Source of the DNA: Candidatus Eiseniibacteriota bacterium
GTDB taxonomy: Bacteria; Eisenbacteria; RBG-16-71-46; JABDJR01
NCBI GenBank assembly: GCA_963762255.1
Contig: CAVXKA010000001.1
Span: forward strand, 1,024,001-1,088,000
Length of the DNA stretch: 64,000 bases
Direction of reading: 5' to 3'
The position numbers and the translations under genes are program-made. Positions within the stretch are counted from its first letter, which is position 1. Each line of letters opens with the position of its first letter. Below the pieces are notes generated by a model. It was not told the origin of the DNA. It worked only from the letters and a program-made list of their open reading frames with translations, and did no database searches. Shown piece by piece: positions 59,552-64,000 of this stretch.

Positions 59552-60733
59552 ATGAGCAAGTCCCAACCGGTCGGTCCCCACCGGCGGTTCCTGGTCACGA
59601 CCGCCGCCGGGATCGAGCCGCTCCTCGTCGATGAACTGCGCGAGATGGGCCTCGATCCCGAGCCTACTCCCGCCGGCCCGCTTGTGCTGCAGGGTGGCTG
59701 GGACACCGCGGCGACGGTGCTCATCCGCTCGCGCATCGCCTCGCGGCTCTTGCTCTCGCTCCGCGAGTTCTCGGCGCGCAGTCAGGCCATGCTCTACGAC
59801 CAGGTGCGCCGCATCGACTGGCCGACTCTCTTCTCGCCCTCGCTGACCGTCGCGATTCACGCGCACGGATCCACCGAGGGCACCGACTACGCGATCTCTT
59901 TCGCGCCGCTCAAGATCAAGGACGCGATCTGCGACGAGTACCGTCACAAAGGCCAACTCCGCCCGAACGTGGATCGGCACAACCCCGACGTGCGTCTCAC
60001 CGCGTTCTTCCATCACGGCCGCTGCGAGATCTCGGTGGATCTCTCGGGCGAGCCGCTGCATCGGCGCGGCTATCGCGCGGAAGGCGCCGAGGCCCCGCTC
60101 CGTGAGAACCGGGCCGCCGCCCTGCTGCGGTTCGCGGGGTACGATGGGTCCGGACCGCTGATCGATCCCTTCTGCGGGAGCGGCACCGTGGCCATCGAGG
60201 CGGCGCTGATCGCGATGCGACGCGCGCCCGGGCTCCTGCGGCCGATAAACCGGTTCGCGGCCGGCGCGCTCTTCCCGGAGGCCCGGACCGCACTCGAATC
60301 CGAGCGCGCGCGGGCAATGGCGGAGACGCTCGGTGTGCCGCCGCATGCGATCGCCGGGAGCGACCTGTCGGAGCCCACGCTGGCTATCGCGCGAAGCAAC
60401 GCGGCCAAGGCCGGTGTGGATCGCTTCGTGCGGTTCGAACTGAAGGACGCGCTGGAGATCGAGGCCGGGGGCGGTTGGATCGTGAGCAACCCACCCTATG
60501 GGGAGCGTCTCGCCGACCGGGACAGCGCGATCGCCCTCTTGCACGAGTTCGTGCATCGGATCAAGCATCATGGCACCGATTCGAAGCTCGCCCTCGTGCT
60601 GCCGCGCGGGGATCTCGAGAAGGCGGTGGGGCTCAAGTTTTCGAAGCGGCTTGCCGTGGAGAGCGGCTCGCTCGGCCTGCGGTTTCTCTTGTTCGAGATC
60701 TACTCTGGGAGTCGCAAGGGCGCGCGCTCGTAG
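59552..60733 (+). CDS. THUMP-domain RNA methyltransferase (RlmL-like)
   Basis: LHRRGYR, APLRE, DPFCGSGT and NPPYGER motifs. Confidence 0.9.
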   Translation: MSKSQPVGPHRRFLVTTAAGIEPLLVDELREMGLDPEPTPAGPLVLQGGWDTAATVLIRSRIASRLLLSLREFSARSQAMLYDQVRRIDWPTLFSPSLTVAIHAHGSTEGTDYAISFAPLKIKDAICDEYRHKGQLRPNVDRHNPDVRLTAFFHHGRCEISVDLSGEPLHRRGYRAEGAEAPLRENRAAALLRFAGYDGSGPLIDPFCGSGTVAIEAALIAMRRAPGLLRPINRFAAGALFPEARTALESERARAMAETLGVPPHAIAGSDLSEPTLAIARSNAAKAGVDRFVRFELKDALEIEAGGGWIVSNPPYGERLADRDSAIALLHEFVHRIKHHGTDSKLALVLPRGDLEKAVGLKFSKRLAVESGSLGLRFLLFEIYSGSRKGARS

Positions 60734-60747
60734 TCCGGAGGTAGCCC

Positions 60748-62046
60748 ATGTTGAACCGGATGATCTGGATCGTCGTCGGGCTTGTCGCCGCACTGACTTT
60801 CGGAGCCCACGCGTCGCGCGGCGGGATCTCCGAGATCGAGAAGAGCCGTGCCGCCTACCGGGACGCGGTGGTGGCCCGCCAGAACCGCGACTACCGCGTC
60901 TTCCTCAACCACATGCGCGAGTGCGCGCGACTCCGCCCGGATCACCCCGAGATTCTCCTCGGCCTCGCCGACGCGTTCGCGCTGGCCGGCGATCCCGACT
61001 CCGCGCTGACCTGCCTGGAGCGGATCGCGGAGATGGGGCTTACCGCGCCGGCGCGCGAGGACTCGGCGTTGATCCCGCTCCAGGGCGACCCGCGATTCAA
61101 GAGCGTGCTGGACCGATTCGACGTCAACACGCAACCGACGATGAGTTGCCGGATCGCGTTCACGCTGCCGCAGCAGGATCTCGTCCCGGAGGGGCTGGCT
61201 TACGATCCCGGGTCCAAGTCGTTCTTCGTCTCCAGCGTTCGCGAGCGGAAGATCATGCGCTACCAGCGAGGCGAGATCACCCGCTTTGCCGGCGGGCTCT
61301 CCGACACGCTCTGGAGCATGATGGGCATGCGACTCGACGCCAAGCGCGGACGCCTGTGGGTGGCCACCTGCGCGATCCGCGAGGGGAAGGGCGTTGCGGA
61401 GAAGGACCTGGGAGGAACGGGTGTCCTCGCCTTCGACATCAATACCGGTGTGCTCTCGTCGCGGCGCATGCTGCCCGCGGACGGCGCGGCGCACCTCTTC
61501 GGGGATCTCACGCTGGACGCGGAAGGCAATGTCTACGTCACCGACAGCGGCGGCGGCGGTCTGTATCGAATGTCCGCCACCGGAGGCGGGCCGCAACTCG
61601 TGATCCCGCCGGGGACGTTCGTCTCCCCGCAGGGGCTCGACATGGACGAGAGCGGGCGGATCCTCTACGTGGCCGACTACTCCCAGGGCGTGTTCCGCGT
61701 GGATCTCGAATCGAAAACCGCGGTGCTCTTGCGGCACCCGGGGCGCCAGACGTTGCTGGGCATCGACGGTCTCTACCGGTACGGCAACTCGCTCCTCGCG
61801 GTGCAGAACGGAGTACGTCCGCAGCGCCTGCTTCGGCTTGGGTTGAATGGATCCGGCGAGAAGATCGAGACGATCGAGATCCTGGAGTCGAGCCTGCCGA
61901 TCTTCGACGATCCGACCCTGGGCGTGATCGTCGGTGAGGCGTTCTACTTCATCGCCAACAGCCACTGGCCGCAGTTCGACGCCGAGGGGAATCTGCCGCC
62001 GCCGGAGCGACTCACGCCGCCGACGATCTTGCGCGTGGCGCTCTAG
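60748..62046 (+). CDS. Secreted protein with TPR-like helices and an SMP-30/gluconolactonase-like beta-propeller
   Basis: Signal peptide; propeller blades PEGLAYD, GNVYVTDS, PQGL, LYVADY and GIDGL. Confidence 0.75.
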   Translation: MLNRMIWIVVGLVAALTFGAHASRGGISEIEKSRAAYRDAVVARQNRDYRVFLNHMRECARLRPDHPEILLGLADAFALAGDPDSALTCLERIAEMGLTAPAREDSALIPLQGDPRFKSVLDRFDVNTQPTMSCRIAFTLPQQDLVPEGLAYDPGSKSFFVSSVRERKIMRYQRGEITRFAGGLSDTLWSMMGMRLDAKRGRLWVATCAIREGKGVAEKDLGGTGVLAFDINTGVLSSRRMLPADGAAHLFGDLTLDAEGNVYVTDSGGGGLYRMSATGGGPQLVIPPGTFVSPQGLDMDESGRILYVADYSQGVFRVDLESKTAVLLRHPGRQTLLGIDGLYRYGNSLLAVQNGVRPQRLLRLGLNGSGEKIETIEILESSLPIFDDPTLGVIVGEAFYFIANSHWPQFDAEGNLPPPERLTPPTILRVAL

Positions 62047-62087
62047 AGACGTTCGGGGATCGCTGCTCCTCCTTGGAGCCCGCCCGA

Positions 62088-63998
62088 TCAGACCCTTGCC
62101 GTCTGCTCCAGGAACTTCCGCACGCCCTTGTAGAGCCCCTCGCCGTTGAGCCCCGCCTCTGCGAGCACGTACTCCGCCTGGCCGCTCCCCAGGAAGTGCC
62201 CCTTCATGAACGGATGCAGCGTCGCGGCGCGCCCGCGATCGGAGCGCACCCATCGGTACATCGTCGGCAGCGTGAACCCGGTGATGCCCATCGCCTCCTG
62301 CGCGTGGCTCTCGGGGAAGATCTTCGTCTGCTCCTCCGCGGGGAGAAGGTCGAAGAGTTCGGCGCTGGCCACGTAGTAGACGCGCAGGTCCACGCCCTCT
62401 TGGTCGAGACGCGGAAGGGTCTCGTTCACGAACGACATCGCGACCCCGCTCTCCTGCAGCACGATCGTCGCGTCGGCTCTGCCTCGCGGGGCGCGGAGCA
62501 GATAGACGCCGGTGGTGCAGGCGGCGGCGGGGGCGAGCCCCAGCTTCTCGCGGTCCGGCACCTTTTCGTTGGGTCGCGTCACGAACGGCACGATCACCGC
62601 GGGGCGTCGCGCGAAAGTTGCGCTCACCAAGGGCCACATCTCGGCCGGATCCCACGGGGTGAGCGTGATCGCGGTGCCGCGCGGAAAGTTCTCCTGGAAC
62701 AGTTGGAGCGCTTGCGGATCCGCGTGCGTGGGGCCGTCCTCGCCCGTCTTCAAGCCCGCGTGGGCGGCGACGAGGATCATGGGGCGATACGGATCGGGTG
62801 CGATGGCGTGCCGAGACTGCCCGCCAATCGCGTGCAAGCGCGCCGCAATGTGGCCGAGAGGCGCGATGAACGCCCCATAGGAGGAAGCCACGCCGATGTG
62901 CCGCCCGTAGGCGCCGAGCCCCGAGCAGATGCCCGCCATGGCGTCCTCGCAGATGCCGCCGATCGATAGGAGCCGCGCGTTCGGGTTCGTCCTGGCGTTG
63001 AACCAGCCGGGAGCGAAGCCGTCGGCGATCTTGTCGACGCTGGTCGAGCCCAACAGGTCCGCCGCCGCGGTCAGGAACGCGCCGCCGCTCTCCTTGTTGT
63101 AGTAGTTGAGCACGCGACCCAGTTCGTTGCGGAGCGTGGTCACCGCACCCGGCTTGAGCGCGAGATCCGCCGGGGTCTTCGTCCCTTCACGCGCGGCCAT
63201 CGCGTACACCGCCTCCACGCGGGGCGCGCCGTTCCGTGACTCGCGGGCCGACTGGCCCAGGCGCTCGCGGGAGGCCACCAGCCTTCCCGCCAGCTCTTTC
63301 ACCGTGTCCGGCATCAATTCCAGCTCGGCGCGAAGGATGCCGAGCGCGGCCCAGAAACAGCCCTCCATCACGTCGGCGCCGTTCGGTCCGGAGCACGCCA
63401 GCACGTCCTTGCCGTGGCAGGTGGGGAGCGCGATCTTGCGGTCTCCCAGGAGGGGGATCAACGCCTCGTAGAAACCGTCCGTGCAGAGTTTGTGGCCGGC
63501 ACCGTGCGAAGCGCGCCCTTCGATTCCATACTTCCATCCCTTGACGGTGCGATAGACGATCGCGGTGGGCTGGCCGTTCTTGAGCGTGACCGCCTTGCGC
63601 TGCGCGGCCATCACCTGCTGGAAGTCCTTGCCGTCCGGCACGTAGATCACGTTCCAGTCGTGAAGGTAGAAGAGCTCGGCCGGAGTCCACTGCACGTAGT
63701 CGCCCGGCTGATCGCCGTCGCGGCAAACATGGTTGGAATCGATCGAGGCCTGGTTCCAGTCGAGGTGGATGAACGCGTTGTCGAGCGAGCCGGTGCCGGC
63801 GGCGGCCAGCGCCTCGACGACGCGGCCCGGCGTGAGTCCGCCTTCGCCCTCGACGATGTGCACGCGCGGCGCGTTCTCGCCCCAGTAGTCGCGGGCGCCG
63901 AACGCGAGACCGAGCGAGCTCGCCACGCCCACTCCCGACGCGCCGGTCGAGAGCTTCAGGAACGGCGTGGCCGGTGTCGGGTGCCCGTCAAGCGGCTT
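62088..63998 (-). CDS. Transketolase-like enzyme, 5' end beyond the window
   Basis: LDGHPT, STGASG, RTVKG, AADLLGS and TGEDGPTH motifs; frame open to the window edge. Confidence 0.85.
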   Translation of the reverse strand, partial: KPLDGHPTPATPFLKLSTGASGVGVASSLGLAFGARDYWGENAPRVHIVEGEGGLTPGRVVEALAAAGTGSLDNAFIHLDWNQASIDSNHVCRDGDQPGDYVQWTPAELFYLHDWNVIYVPDGKDFQQVMAAQRKAVTLKNGQPTAIVYRTVKGWKYGIEGRASHGAGHKLCTDGFYEALIPLLGDRKIALPTCHGKDVLACSGPNGADVMEGCFWAALGILRAELELMPDTVKELAGRLVASRERLGQSARESRNGAPRVEAVYAMAAREGTKTPADLALKPGAVTTLRNELGRVLNYYNKESGGAFLTAAADLLGSTSVDKIADGFAPGWFNARTNPNARLLSIGGICEDAMAGICSGLGAYGRHIGVASSYGAFIAPLGHIAARLHAIGGQSRHAIAPDPYRPMILVAAHAGLKTGEDGPTHADPQALQLFQENFPRGTAITLTPWDPAEMWPLVSATFARRPAVIVPFVTRPNEKVPDREKLGLAPAAACTTGVYLLRAPRGRADATIVLQESGVAMSFVNETLPRLDQEGVDLRVYYVASAELFDLLPAEEQTKIFPESHAQEAMGITGFTLPTMYRWVRSDRGRAATLHPFMKGHFLGSGQAEYVLAEAGLNGEGLYKGVRKFLEQTARV

Positions 63999-64000
63999 CG

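Overview
High-GC chromosomal window from a diderm bacterium, densely coding. Left to right: prmC-lipoprotein-murA-selB-ECF sigma/anti-sigma; a frameshifted octaheme HAO-family cytochrome c; an rsgA-like GTPase behind a leader peptide; an acyl-CoA carboxylase beta subunit; a degenerate SDR; two paralogous beta-barrel proteins; an hsp20-dnaK-DUF1844-grpE-dnaJ operon; murQ plus a sugar ABC importer; an M13 peptidase; a histidine ammonia-lyase-family enzyme; an integron cassette remnant; an ECF/TolC-MFP-RND/P-II-like module; anmK-spoIID-nagZ; tRNA-Asp; a sigma54 two-component system with MacAB-TolC; a BlaI/BlaR1-TonB pair; fumarate hydratase; an RNA methyltransferase; and a partial transketolase. 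The strongest unexplained signal is a highly structured ~435-nt minus-strand unit with no credible ORF (about 16162 to 15727). It has a near-consensus sigma54 promoter, an IHF site, enhancer-like repeats and its own terminator, and is a candidate new large ncRNA. Other notable signals: an RLR-containing leader peptide/attenuator upstream of the rsgA paralog, a sigma54-type dnaK promoter, an Ala-Cys-Gly MIO motif, and an attC-bounded cassette with no integrase in the window. All family assignments come from motif recognition by eye; no searches or folding programs were run.
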